From: Brevinematales bacterium
GTDB lineage: Bacteria > Spirochaetota > Brevinematia > Brevinematales > JAOACQ01
Length of the DNA stretch: 64,000 bases
Reading direction: 5' to 3'
NCBI GenBank assembly: GCA_037479045.1
Contig: JBBFLL010000005.1
Span: 42,749 to 106,748, forward strand
Part shown: one piece after another, positions 38,652-48,748 of the stretch
Layout of the letters: each line of letters begins with the position of its first letter
Numbering within the stretch: position 1 is the first letter of the stretch
The notes under the pieces: model-generated
What the model was told of the DNA's origin: nothing
The model's input: only the letters and a program-made list of their open reading frames with translations
Database searches by the model: none
Translations under genes and position numbers: made by a program

Positions 38652-39435
38652 AGTTTAAAGTAATTGGCTTAAATTTCTCATAGATACCAAATAAACTTTC
38701 TGAGTGACCCAAAAGCAAATATGCATTCTTCTTTGTAGAAATATAGAAATTTTCAAGAACTTTTCTCTGGACATCCTCATCAAAATAAATTATTACATTT
38801 CTGCAAAAAACACAATCAACATCTCTTATCCCATTGTCATAAATTAGATTGTGCAAGTCAAATTTTATCTTTTTCTTCAAAAAATCCTTCACTATATAAA
38901 CATCGTTAGAAAGCACATCAAAATATTTATGAATATAACTTGAATTAACCTTCGCCACACTTTTATTAGAATATTTTCCTTCCTTGGCAATAAACAAACT
39001 CTCAAGGCTAATATCTGATGCTACAATTTCAAAATCATAACCTTGACCAAAAAGTCCATTTTTCTCCATATATTCATAGGTAACCATTGCAATCGTATAT
39101 GGTTCTTCTCCAGTAGAACAACCAGCACTCCATATCTTTATCTTTTTATCTCCATTTTTGATTATCTCTGGCAAAATCTCCTTTTCATACATTTCGAATT
39201 GTCTTTCATTTCTGAAAAAACTCGTAAAATTGGTAGTAACAAAATCAACAAAAGAATTAAGCTCATTTTTATCAGACATCAGTAGTTCATAATATTTTTC
39301 TATGGAAAGATTTTTTTCTTTTGTTTTTGCATCAAGCCTGCTTTTAAGGACTGCAATATTTGACTCTTTGAAAACTATTCCGCAGGTTTTATAAACAATA
39401 TCAGCAATGTTAGTAATAATATTACTTTCTTCCAC
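38626..39435 (-). CDS. cheR: Chemotaxis methyltransferase CheR
   Basis: TNFTSFFRN, IWSAGCSTGEEPYTIAM, FCRNVIIYFD. Confidence 0.93.
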   Translation of the reverse strand: MEESNIITNIADIVYKTCGIVFKESNIAVLKSRLDAKTKEKNLSIEKYYELLMSDKNELNSFVDFVTTNFTSFFRNERQFEMYEKEILPEIIKNGDKKIKIWSAGCSTGEEPYTIAMVTYEYMEKNGLFGQGYDFEIVASDISLESLFIAKEGKYSNKSVAKVNSSYIHKYFDVLSNDVYIVKDFLKKKIKFDLHNLIYDNGIRDVDCVFCRNVIIYFDEDVQRKVLENFYISTKKNAYLLLGHSESLFGIYEKFKPITLNYGVAYVKE

Positions 39436-39445
39436 AAAAGCCCCT

Positions 39446-40330
39446 TTAACTATCTATTAAAACAACTTCCTTATAGTTAGAAAGTTGAGTGGATAGTTCA
39501 TATTCAAACAAATCCCCAATCAAAACCATATCCATATTTTCAAAGGCCTCTATTACTCTCGTAAGTAAAGAATTCATATCTTCATAGAGTTTCCCAACTT
39601 TTTCCTGTTTATCTTCTTTGAAAGTTTTTATATTCCTTTTCAGAAAAGCTGTAAGAATTTCCATTACATTTATTAAATATTCTACACTCTGAAGTGCTTC
39701 TCTGTCATTTCCCACCTGAAATGCTTCAGAAACTTTGGGTAATAAACTTAAACTTTCTTCTATGAGATGTCCAAGTTCTTCCTTTTTGGGTAATTGAAAA
39801 TATATAAGTTTTTCCCTTACGGCTTTTATATAATTAACAAGACTATCTATAACACTAATAAGCGTTTCAATATTTATATCCTTTTCATCAAGATCAAAAA
39901 ATTTAATCACTTTATCTATTGAACTTATTATAGTTATTGATTCACTATTACCAATATAGCCAGTTTTAGCAATAGTTTGAATTGTATCTTTTACCCAATT
40001 AAAGGCATCTATAATCTCCTGTTTCTGGTTTAAACCCTTCTCCTTAAGCGAATTTTTCACTTCAGTTAAAAGCCTCTGGCATTCAAGAAAAAGGTCATAT
40101 ATTACCTCTTCTTTCTTCTGGGCAATTACTTCAATTTCTTTAACATTGTCAATAGAAATTTTTGAAAGGGCTTCATCATCAAAATTTATCTCTTTACCAT
40201 CAATCAATATTCTTGTTATTAAAGCATCTTCAGAAGCAAGCAATTGTGATAAAGACTTTAAAACATCTAAAACATTTTTTTCATTTTCAAGAACAAAATC
40301 AACTATTTCATTATTAATCTTTAATTTCAT
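39446..40330 (-). CDS. Helical protein of unknown function; first gene of the che supercluster
   Basis: 294-aa ORF with AAAGGAG upstream, 10 nt before cheR. No motif recognised. Confidence 0.65.
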   Translation of the reverse strand: MKLKINNEIVDFVLENEKNVLDVLKSLSQLLASEDALITRILIDGKEINFDDEALSKISIDNVKEIEVIAQKKEEVIYDLFLECQRLLTEVKNSLKEKGLNQKQEIIDAFNWVKDTIQTIAKTGYIGNSESITIISSIDKVIKFFDLDEKDINIETLISVIDSLVNYIKAVREKLIYFQLPKKEELGHLIEESLSLLPKVSEAFQVGNDREALQSVEYLINVMEILTAFLKRNIKTFKEDKQEKVGKLYEDMNSLLTRVIEAFENMDMVLIGDLFEYELSTQLSNYKEVVLIDS

Positions 40331-40471
40331 TATCTTCTCCTTTTTACATTAATAATATAAAACATAACTGAAATTTATTCAATAAAAAATAGATTTTATA
40401 TTTTTCAATCACAAAAAATTTTTACTTTTTAAACTTAAAGATATATAATATAATGTGGAGTTTTTTGAATA

Positions 40472-42076
40472 ATGCGATTAAAGAAGATTTTTATCCTTTT
40501 AATTTTTCTTTCTTCCTGCATAAATATAAATAGATTCTCAAAAGAAGAAATTGACAAAGAAAGAACCGAAATAAAATCAAAAATAACAAAACAAGAAATA
40601 TTATATATCCAAATAGAAAGATTCAAGAATGATTCTCAAGTTAAAGAGATAGATTATCTTTCAAATGCTATAGTTGATTTACTTATTCAATATCTTTCAT
40701 TTTTTGAAAATGAAAGTGCATTTTTACCACTGAAAATAAGCTACACAAATATCGGTAAAGAAATCTCAAAAAACTCTTATTTCTATAAATATATAACCAA
40801 CATAAACACACAGCTAACTCAATTTTCCACAAATATATCTCAATCTATCACAAACATAGAAATTATTGAAACAAATACTGTAAAACAAAGAAATAGAACT
40901 TTAGTTGAATATAAAAGAATAACCAATATCATAACGAATGAAATAACAAATCTCAGTGCATCAAACATAATTGAAACAAATCTTCCATTTCTTACGGAAG
41001 AGAATTTTTACCTTATGGTTTCAAATGAATTTCCAGAAATAGAAAATGAAATTAAAAATTTAAGAATTGTAATCTCTACAAATGCAATAACAAATGAAAA
41101 ATACATATCAACAATCAAAGGAAGCTATAAAATATCAAAAGAATCAAAAGCAAGTGGTCCAAAAATAATAGAAATTGAAATAGATACAATAAACTTTTTG
41201 ACCACTACAAATACAAATAGTTACAAAATAACTTCAAGAGAAGACGTTTTGAACGAAAATATAATTCAATTCATCAAACCTTATAGAAAATTTATATTAA
41301 ACAAACCAACAGGAGATATTACAATAAACTCTCAACCAGAAGATGTAGATATCTATATAAATGGAATATTTCTTGGTAAAACACCTCTCTATTTCCCAGC
41401 AATAGAAAGTAAGACTCATAAGATTACCTTTTCAAAAGAAGGATATAAAAGAACAACTTTAAAATACAACTTAAAGGAAAATATAACGAATGTTATCTTT
41501 TACAATCTTGAAGAAACAAAAACTGGCGGAATAATAAAAATTAATTCTACATCTTCCAATGCAAGGGTTTTTATTAACTCCAACTACAAAGGTAAAACGC
41601 CTCTTGTAGTCTCAAACCTTAATTTATTTGACACTCACAGGGTTGTTGTCTATCCTGAAGAAACAAATTTAGAACCTTTTTACTATAATTTTACATTGAC
41701 CAAGCCCGATGAAAATATTGATATAACAGCCTCTTTTAAAACATATACTGGCAATACAGAAATGTTTAAAAAAACAATGTGGGGCTTAGCTTTTACCTCA
41801 TGGGGACTTACATTGGCTTTTGTTGGACTTGATATATACAGCCACTATCTTTCCGAATATCATAAAGATCAATATTATTCATATAAAAAAACTGAAGACA
41901 ACTATTATTTTCAATATTACGCATATATGAGCCAAATTTACTATAATTATTTTTTGTTTTCTACGGTTTTATCAATGGGAATGACTGCTTTAGCTCTTAA
42001 CTCTGAAGATATTTATCTTGGAATATATTCATCAGACAACAAAACATTTGTAGCCACATTAAACTTAAGATTTTGA
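40472..42076 (+). CDS. Lipoprotein with two PEGA domains and a C-terminal multi-pass hydrophobic region
   Basis: Lipobox LIFLSSC. PEGA-like segments DVDIYINGIFLGKTPL...HKITFSKEGYK and ARVFINSNYKGKTPLVV...HRVVVY. C-terminal hydrophobic helices (WGLAFTSWGLTLAFVGL, YNYFLFSTVLSMGMTALAL). Confidence 0.75.
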   Translation: MRLKKIFILLIFLSSCININRFSKEEIDKERTEIKSKITKQEILYIQIERFKNDSQVKEIDYLSNAIVDLLIQYLSFFENESAFLPLKISYTNIGKEISKNSYFYKYITNINTQLTQFSTNISQSITNIEIIETNTVKQRNRTLVEYKRITNIITNEITNLSASNIIETNLPFLTEENFYLMVSNEFPEIENEIKNLRIVISTNAITNEKYISTIKGSYKISKESKASGPKIIEIEIDTINFLTTTNTNSYKITSREDVLNENIIQFIKPYRKFILNKPTGDITINSQPEDVDIYINGIFLGKTPLYFPAIESKTHKITFSKEGYKRTTLKYNLKENITNVIFYNLEETKTGGIIKINSTSSNARVFINSNYKGKTPLVVSNLNLFDTHRVVVYPEETNLEPFYYNFTLTKPDENIDITASFKTYTGNTEMFKKTMWGLAFTSWGLTLAFVGLDIYSHYLSEYHKDQYYSYKKTEDNYYFQYYAYMSQIYYNYFLFSTVLSMGMTALALNSEDIYLGIYSSDNKTFVATLNLRF

Positions 42077-42083
42077 GGTAAAA

Positions 42084-42650
42084 ATGGAAATAACAAAAAC
42101 AGAGTTTGAAGGACTTTACATAATAAAACCACAAGTTTATACAGACAATAGAGGATTTTTCTTTGAAAGCTACAACCAGAAAATATTTGAAAAAAATGGA
42201 CTTATATATAATTTTGTGCAGGACAATCAATCTATGTCGAAAAAAAATGTCTTCAGAGGATTTCATTACCAGCTTGAACCATACTCACAAACAAAACTGG
42301 TAAGAGTTTTAAAAGGTAGTGTAATAGATTACGCCATAGATTTAAGAAGAGGTTCGCCTACTTTCGGGAAATGTTTCTCAATAGAATTATCAGAAGAAAA
42401 TAAACTTCAACTGTTAATACCAAAGGGTTTTGCTCATGGCTTTCTTACAATCACTGAAACAGCAGAATTTTTCTATAAGTGTGATAATTTCTACAATAGG
42501 GAAAGTGAGGGTGGCATAAGATTTGACGATCCTGAACTCAATATTACTTTACCAGTAGAAAAAGAAAAACTTATTATTTCAGAAAAAGATAGAAATTTGC
42601 CTTTTTTAAAAGATGCAAAAATTAATTTTATATTTGGAGAAACCAGATGA
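42084..42650 (+). CDS. rfbC: dTDP-4-dehydrorhamnose 3,5-epimerase
   Basis: DNRGFFFESY, NQSMSKKNVFRGFHYQ, KLVRVLKGSVIDYAIDLR, PKGFAHGF. Confidence 0.93.
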   Translation: MEITKTEFEGLYIIKPQVYTDNRGFFFESYNQKIFEKNGLIYNFVQDNQSMSKKNVFRGFHYQLEPYSQTKLVRVLKGSVIDYAIDLRRGSPTFGKCFSIELSEENKLQLLIPKGFAHGFLTITETAEFFYKCDNFYNRESEGGIRFDDPELNITLPVEKEKLIISEKDRNLPFLKDAKINFIFGETR

Positions 42651-43507
42651 AAATCTTAGTAACTGGTTCAAATGGACAATTAGGTCAGGAACTTAAAGAA
42701 TTATCAAATTCAACAAAAGATATAAATTTTATTTTCACAGACATTCAAGAACTTGACATTACAAATCCAAAAGATGTTGAAAATTTCATTTCAAAAAACA
42801 AATTCGATATAATAATAAACTGTGCGGCATACACTGCAGTAGATAAAGCTGAAACAGAGAAAGAAAAAGCAAGAAAAATTAATGCTGAAGCTGTCTATCA
42901 CCTTTCTAAATCTGCAAGAGAAAATAATGCTTTATTAATTCATATTTCAACTGATTTCGTATTTGATGGTAAAAAAAATACCCCATACACAGAAGAAGAT
43001 AAACCAAAACCTCTCTCAGTCTATGGAAAAACAAAACTTGAAGGTGAAAAAATAGCTTTAAAAGAAGCAAAAAAACTAATAATTTTAAGAACAAGCTGGC
43101 TATATTCCTCTTATGGAAATAATTTTGTAAAAACAATAATTAAAAATGCAAAAGAAAAAAAGAACTTAAGAGTAGTATTTGATCAGGTTGGAACTCCAAC
43201 TTATGCAAAAGATTTGGCAAAAGTTATACTTTCATTGTGTAATACAAAAATTAATACAAAAGAAATCTTTCACTATAGCAATGAAGGAGCTATAAGCTGG
43301 TTTGACTTTGCAAAAGCAATCTGCGAAATAGCAAAAATAGATTGCGAAATAAGTCCAATATTAACAGAAGAATATAAAACCCTCGCAAAAAGGCCTCATT
43401 ACAGTGTCTTAAATAAAAATAAAATCAAAAAATACCTTGAAATAAAAATTCCATACTGGAAAGAATCATTAACAGAATGTATAAAAAAAATAGAAGGTGA
43501 AATATGA
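42647..43507 (+). CDS. rfbD: dTDP-4-dehydrorhamnose reductase
   Basis: ILVTGSNGQLG, NCAAYTAVDKAE, STDFVFDG, YGKTKLEGE, RTSWLYS. Confidence 0.92.
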   Translation: MKILVTGSNGQLGQELKELSNSTKDINFIFTDIQELDITNPKDVENFISKNKFDIIINCAAYTAVDKAETEKEKARKINAEAVYHLSKSARENNALLIHISTDFVFDGKKNTPYTEEDKPKPLSVYGKTKLEGEKIALKEAKKLIILRTSWLYSSYGNNFVKTIIKNAKEKKNLRVVFDQVGTPTYAKDLAKVILSLCNTKINTKEIFHYSNEGAISWFDFAKAICEIAKIDCEISPILTEEYKTLAKRPHYSVLNKNKIKKYLEIKIPYWKESLTECIKKIEGEI

Positions 43508-44139
43508 AACCCTTTTTTAAAACCTTAAGAAAATCCTTCATAGAAGGATTGATTTTTATAATTCCTGTCGGAATAATGCTATGGATAATTTACTATGTAT
43601 TTAAACTATTCTATGGAATGTTTCACTTTTCTATTTATTTTATTCCATTAGAAATAAGAAAACTTCCTTATGTCAAAATTGGAGTTGTGGTTTTAGCTTT
43701 TTTGATTGTGCTTTTACTGATTGTGATAATTGGAGCACTTGTAAATTCGTTCTTTGGCAAATTGATAAAATCTTTATTTGACAGATTATTTTCAATAGTT
43801 CCAATATTCAAGACATTTTATGATTCGTTAAAGCAGATTTCTTCAATGATATTTAAAGAAAAAAAAGCAGAATTTTCTTCAGTAGTTTTAGTAGAATTTC
43901 CAAAAACAGGTAGTTATAGTATTGGTTTCATAACTTCAAAATTGAATAAAAAAATAATTTCAGAAGACGGAAAAGAATTCTACAGTGTGTTTGTTCCAAC
44001 TTCACCAAACCCAACAACAGGTTTTACATTAATTTTAGAAAAAGAAAAAATTAAAAAAATAAATATTTCTGTAGAAGAGGCTTTAAAGTTTGTTGTATTT
44101 GTTGGTTCATTACAGGAAAACGGGGAAAATAAAATATAA
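43504..44139 (+). CDS. DUF502-family membrane protein
   Basis: N-terminal pattern FIEGLIFIIPVGIMLW plus a second TM segment and FVPTSPNPTTGF. Confidence 0.75.
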   Translation: MKPFFKTLRKSFIEGLIFIIPVGIMLWIIYYVFKLFYGMFHFSIYFIPLEIRKLPYVKIGVVVLAFLIVLLLIVIIGALVNSFFGKLIKSLFDRLFSIVPIFKTFYDSLKQISSMIFKEKKAEFSSVVLVEFPKTGSYSIGFITSKLNKKIISEDGKEFYSVFVPTSPNPTTGFTLILEKEKIKKINISVEEALKFVVFVGSLQENGENKI

Positions 44140-44150
44140 AGGGGACTTAA

Positions 44151-45608
44151 ATGTTAAACGAAAAATTTACAAAGATAGTTTCAACAATTGGACCTTCTTC
44201 TTCAAGTGAAAAGATTATAAAAGAATTGATCAAAGAAGGGACAGATGTATTCAGACTCAACTTTTCACACGGTAGTCATGAAGACCATCAAAATTCTTTA
44301 AATAACATAAGAGCTATGGCTCTCGAACTTAACAAACCAGTGGCTGTATTTCAAGACTTACAGGGACCAAAAATAAGAATAAATCAACTCGAAAACAAAA
44401 CCTTAGAACTCAACAATGGAGAAGAATTTATCATAACCACAGAAGAACTTGTTGGTGGAATTGTAGAGGGTAAAAAAATCGCTTCAATAGACTACAAAAA
44501 CCTTCACAAAGAAATTTTCAATGGAGCAAGAATACTAATAGACGATGGTCTTATTGAGTTAAGAGTGAAAAAAATCGATGGCAAAAAAATTTTCACAGAA
44601 GTAATTAATGGTGGAATATTAAAAGAAAGAAAAGGGGTAAACCTACCTCACGTCAAACTTAAAATCTCTTCAATCACAGAAAAAGATAGAAACGATTTAA
44701 AGTTTGCATTTCAAAATGAACTTGAATACATTGCTCTCTCATTTGTGAGAAACAGTAACGACGTCAAAGAACTTAAAGAAATAATGTTTAAGGAATATTT
44801 TAAAACAATTCCAGTAATAGCAAAAATAGAAAAACCAGAAGCTATCTTAGATATAGACAACATAATCGATGTGGCCGATGCAATAATGGTTGCAAGAGGC
44901 GATCTTGGTGTAGAGACTTCTCCACAGGAAGTCCCTGTGCTCCAAAAGAAAATAATCAGAAGATGTAATCTTGCAGGTAAACCTGTTATAACAGCCACTC
45001 AGATGCTTGAATCAATGATAAACAACCCTCGTCCAACAAGAGCTGAGGCAACCGACGTTGCAAACGCAATACTTGATGGAACTGATGCTGTTATGCTTTC
45101 TGGTGAAACTGCTATGGGTAAATTTCCTGTAGAAGCTGTCCGCATAATGAAAGAAATAGCAAAATATGTAGAAGAAAGTGCAATATTCAAATCAGTTGAA
45201 TTAAAAAGAAATCTTACAGAGACAGAACTTATGGAGATAACAAAGTCGGATACAGAAGAAGCTACTACATTTGCCACCATAGAAGTTGCAGAAAAGATAT
45301 GTGCTAAGTATATAACCTGCTTTACCAATAGTGGAAACACCGCAAAAAAAATAGCAAAATACAGACCTCTTATCCCAAATATTGCCTTTACACCTATTCC
45401 TCAAACGGCAAGAAGACTATCTTTGGTGTGGGGAGTAACACCAATAGAAATTGGAGTAGTACAAACAGTCGATGAATTACTTGAAGGAGCTTCAGAAATA
45501 CTAAAATTCAAAAATTTAGTAAAGGAAAATGACTTCATTGTAATTACAGCTGGAGTACCTGTGGGAGTTTCTGGAAGTACAAATATGATAAAGGTTGTAA
45601 AGATTTAA
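44151..45608 (+). CDS. pyk: Pyruvate kinase
   Basis: [49 protein letters not shown]. Confidence 0.96.
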   Translation: MLNEKFTKIVSTIGPSSSSEKIIKELIKEGTDVFRLNFSHGSHEDHQNSLNNIRAMALELNKPVAVFQDLQGPKIRINQLENKTLELNNGEEFIITTEELVGGIVEGKKIASIDYKNLHKEIFNGARILIDDGLIELRVKKIDGKKIFTEVINGGILKERKGVNLPHVKLKISSITEKDRNDLKFAFQNELEYIALSFVRNSNDVKELKEIMFKEYFKTIPVIAKIEKPEAILDIDNIIDVADAIMVARGDLGVETSPQEVPVLQKKIIRRCNLAGKPVITATQMLESMINNPRPTRAEATDVANAILDGTDAVMLSGETAMGKFPVEAVRIMKEIAKYVEESAIFKSVELKRNLTETELMEITKSDTEEATTFATIEVAEKICAKYITCFTNSGNTAKKIAKYRPLIPNIAFTPIPQTARRLSLVWGVTPIEIGVVQTVDELLEGASEILKFKNLVKENDFIVITAGVPVGVSGSTNMIKVVKI

Positions 45609-46624
45609 AAAAGGGTTAAATCTTCTTCGGCTGAATGATACTTAACTCCAAGATGTTCATAAGCTAACTTTGAGGCAACTCTACCTCTCGGTGTTCTTAA
45701 AAGGAAACCTTGCTGAATAAGGAAAGGTTCATATACGTCTTCAAGGGTTTCTATTTCTTCGTTTATAGTTGCTGAAATAGCTGATAAACCTACAGGACCA
45801 CCTTTATATCTTTTTATTATTATCTCAAGAATCTTTCTATCCATTGCATCAAGCCCTTTATGATCTATCTCAAGTTTTGTAAGTGCATAGTCTGAAAAAT
45901 CTCTGTCTATTGGTTCAACCTTTTCAACTATAGCAAAATCAGACACCCTCTTAAGGAGTCTATTTGCAATTCTTGGTGTACCTCGTGATCTTTTTGCTAT
46001 CTCATTTAATGCATCATCTGAAATCTTTATGCCCAGAATTTTTGAGCTTCTCGATACAATCTGCTTCAAACTTTTTTCATCATAAAAATCAAGCCTTTCT
46101 ATAATTCCAAATCTCGATCTTAAAGGGCCTGTTAAAGAACCAATTCTCGTTGTTGCACCAATAAGTGTAAAATGTGGTAAATTAAGTCTTATAGTCCTTG
46201 CTCCCGTTCCTTCTCCAATTATTATGTCCACCTTAAAATCTTCCATAGCAGAGTATAAAACTTCTTCAAGGTTTTTTTTGAGCCTGTGAATTTCATCAAT
46301 AAAAATTATATCACCTTCTTCAAGAGTTGTAAGGATGGCGATCAAATCTCCCTGTTTTTCTATAGCAGGTGCTGCCGTAACCTTAATATTTCTGTTTAAT
46401 TCATTTGAAATTATTCTTGCAAGTGTAGTTTTACCAAGCCCAGGTGGCCCATAAAGAACAACATGATCTAAAGTACTTTTTCTAATCTTTGCGGCTTCAA
46501 CAAAAACTTTTATATTCTCCTTTACCTTATCCTGTCCAATGAAATCATTAAAACTCGATGGTCTTAAAGTCTCATCTATATCACCATTCACAAAGGCTGG
46601 ATTTGTTATTTTTTCTTCTATCAT
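45605..46624 (-). CDS. ruvB: Holliday junction branch migration helicase RuvB
   Basis: [47 protein letters not shown]. Confidence 0.96.
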   Translation of the reverse strand: MIEEKITNPAFVNGDIDETLRPSSFNDFIGQDKVKENIKVFVEAAKIRKSTLDHVVLYGPPGLGKTTLARIISNELNRNIKVTAAPAIEKQGDLIAILTTLEEGDIIFIDEIHRLKKNLEEVLYSAMEDFKVDIIIGEGTGARTIRLNLPHFTLIGATTRIGSLTGPLRSRFGIIERLDFYDEKSLKQIVSRSSKILGIKISDDALNEIAKRSRGTPRIANRLLKRVSDFAIVEKVEPIDRDFSDYALTKLEIDHKGLDAMDRKILEIIIKRYKGGPVGLSAISATINEEIETLEDVYEPFLIQQGFLLRTPRGRVASKLAYEHLGVKYHSAEEDLTLF

Positions 46625-46717
46625 AATTTTACTCTGTTATTATTATATTCCCTGAATGAAAAAAATTCCAGTTTTAACTTTTTTGAATATTAATCAAATC
46701 TGTTATATAATAAATAT

Positions 46718-47725
46718 ATGAGAAAACATAAAATAACCAGAAAGGATGTAGCAGAAAGAGCAGGAGTTTCTCCATCAACTGTTTCAAGAGCATTAAACGA
46801 TCATCCTTCTATACCAAAATCGACAGCAGAGAGAATAAAAAAGATAGCAAAAGAACTGAATTATATTCCTTCTCACCTTGCCAGAAGTTTTTATCAAAAG
46901 AAAAGTTATAGGATAGGTATAGTTATTCCTTACTATGTTACAAAAGACAAGATAGAAACTGTCCATTCGGAATATTTTTCACAAATGCTATTTGGGTGCA
47001 TTATAAGTGCTTCAAAAGAAAATTACACCATAAGCGTAATTTCTGATAACGGCTTAAACGAAAAAGAACTTGCAAGAATAGTGCTTTCTCACACTGTAGA
47101 TGGATTAATATTTTTAGGAACAAAGTATAAAGACCATAGATTTTATTATCTTCTTGAAGAAAATATTCCTTTTATCCTTGTTTATAACTATCTCCCTGAT
47201 AAAAATTCTCTGTTCATAGATATTGATTCAATAACTGGAATGAGAGAAGCCTTTCAATATCTTGATTCTATTGGAATAAAAAAGGTCGCTTATATAAGTG
47301 GAAATAAAGAATATATAAATGCCATTGACAGAGAAAATGCATATCTTGCCCTTACAGAAGAATTTAAAATGACAAACTTGCAGATTATAGAAGGAAACTT
47401 TTCAAAAGAAAGTGGCTTTGAAGCAGCAAATAAAATTGCTAATTCTTCTCTACCAGAGGCTATCCTCTGTGCAAACGATCTTACCGCCTATGGTTTAATA
47501 AAAGGTCTTGAAAAATTAAATATAAAAGTTCCCGAAGATATAAAAGTTATAGGCTTTGATAATCAGGAAATTGCTCTCATTTCTTCACCGACAATAACAA
47601 CAATAGATAATCCTTTCTATAGAGTTGGTTTTTTAGCCGCGAAAAATTTAATACATTTTCTTAACAATAAAGAAATCATATCACAAAAACTCGAATCCAA
47701 ACTTGTAATAAGAGAATCAGCATAA
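46718..47725 (+). CDS. LacI-family transcriptional regulator
   Basis: N-terminal HTH ITRKDVAERAGVSPSTVSRALN followed by a periplasmic-binding-protein-like sugar-binding core. Confidence 0.9.
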   Translation: MRKHKITRKDVAERAGVSPSTVSRALNDHPSIPKSTAERIKKIAKELNYIPSHLARSFYQKKSYRIGIVIPYYVTKDKIETVHSEYFSQMLFGCIISASKENYTISVISDNGLNEKELARIVLSHTVDGLIFLGTKYKDHRFYYLLEENIPFILVYNYLPDKNSLFIDIDSITGMREAFQYLDSIGIKKVAYISGNKEYINAIDRENAYLALTEEFKMTNLQIIEGNFSKESGFEAANKIANSSLPEAILCANDLTAYGLIKGLEKLNIKVPEDIKVIGFDNQEIALISSPTITTIDNPFYRVGFLAAKNLIHFLNNKEIISQKLESKLVIRESA

Positions 47726-47736
47726 AAGAGGTAATT

Positions 47737-48678
47737 ATGATTACAAAAATATTTGTAGATGGACAATCTGGAACAACAGGCTTAAAAATTAATGAAAGAC
47801 TTAATTCAAGAAAAGATATAGAAATACTTTCGATACCGGAAGAGAATAAAAAGGACCCTAAAATAAAAAAAGAATTCCTTAATTCAGCTGACATAGTCTT
47901 TTTATGCCTTCCAGATGAAGCTGCAAAAGAATCCATTTCATTAATAGAGAATAAAAATACAAAAGTAATAGATGCAAGCACTGCCCATAGAACCAATCCT
48001 GAATGGACTTATGGACTTGTGGAATATGAGAAATCTCATAGAGAAAAAATAAAAAACTCAAAAAGAATATGTGTGCCGGGTTGTCATGCTACAGGCTTTA
48101 TTCTTGGCTTATATCCATTAGTGAAAAATAAGATTGTTCCAGATAATTATCCAATAACCGCTCATTCAATAACCGGTTATAGTGGTGGTGGTAAAAAACT
48201 GATAGAAAAATTTGAAACAAACCAGAATAAAATAAGCTGGAAAAGCACAAGACATTATGCTTTAACTCTTACTCACAAACACCTACCTGAAATGACAAAA
48301 TATACTTTATTAAAAGAAAAGCCTATATTTACTCCTATAGTAGGAAATTTTTACAACGGTATGGCAGTAGGAATTCCTCTTCATAAAAAACTCCTTTCAA
48401 AAAGTGTAAATCTTAAAGATATTTATGAAGTCCTCTCAGAACATTACGAAAATGAGATTTTTATAAAGGTTCATGAAGGGAAAGATGAACTCCTTGAAGA
48501 AGGCTATTTTGATCCAACCGCCTGCAACGAAACAAATAATGCCGAAATTTTCGTTTTTGGTAACGATGAACAATTTCTCATCCTTACAAGACTTGATAAT
48601 CTTGGAAAAGGGGCAAGCGGAGCCGCCATACAGATAATGAATATATTAATCAATGCAGACGAAAAAAGCGGTCTATAA
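47737..48678 (+). CDS. argC: N-acetyl-gamma-glutamyl-phosphate reductase (short type)
   Basis: VDGQSGTTG, VFLCLPD, DASTAHR, PGCHATG, DNLGKGASGAAIQ. Confidence 0.88.
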   Translation: MITKIFVDGQSGTTGLKINERLNSRKDIEILSIPEENKKDPKIKKEFLNSADIVFLCLPDEAAKESISLIENKNTKVIDASTAHRTNPEWTYGLVEYEKSHREKIKNSKRICVPGCHATGFILGLYPLVKNKIVPDNYPITAHSITGYSGGGKKLIEKFETNQNKISWKSTRHYALTLTHKHLPEMTKYTLLKEKPIFTPIVGNFYNGMAVGIPLHKKLLSKSVNLKDIYEVLSEHYENEIFIKVHEGKDELLEEGYFDPTACNETNNAEIFVFGNDEQFLILTRLDNLGKGASGAAIQIMNILINADEKSGL

Positions 48679-48689
48679 TAAAAAAACTA

Positions 48690-48718
48690 TTGATATTTTA
48701 AAGAAAATTAAGTAAAAT
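48690..48718 (+). promoter_or_regulatory. Sigma-70-like promoter of lipoprotein paralog A
   Basis: TTGATA (48690-48695), a 17-nt spacer, then TAAAAT (48713-48718), preceded by AAAAACTA. Confidence 0.45.
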
Positions 48719-48748
48719 TAATGAAATCATTTTTAAGGAGGAGTGGTT

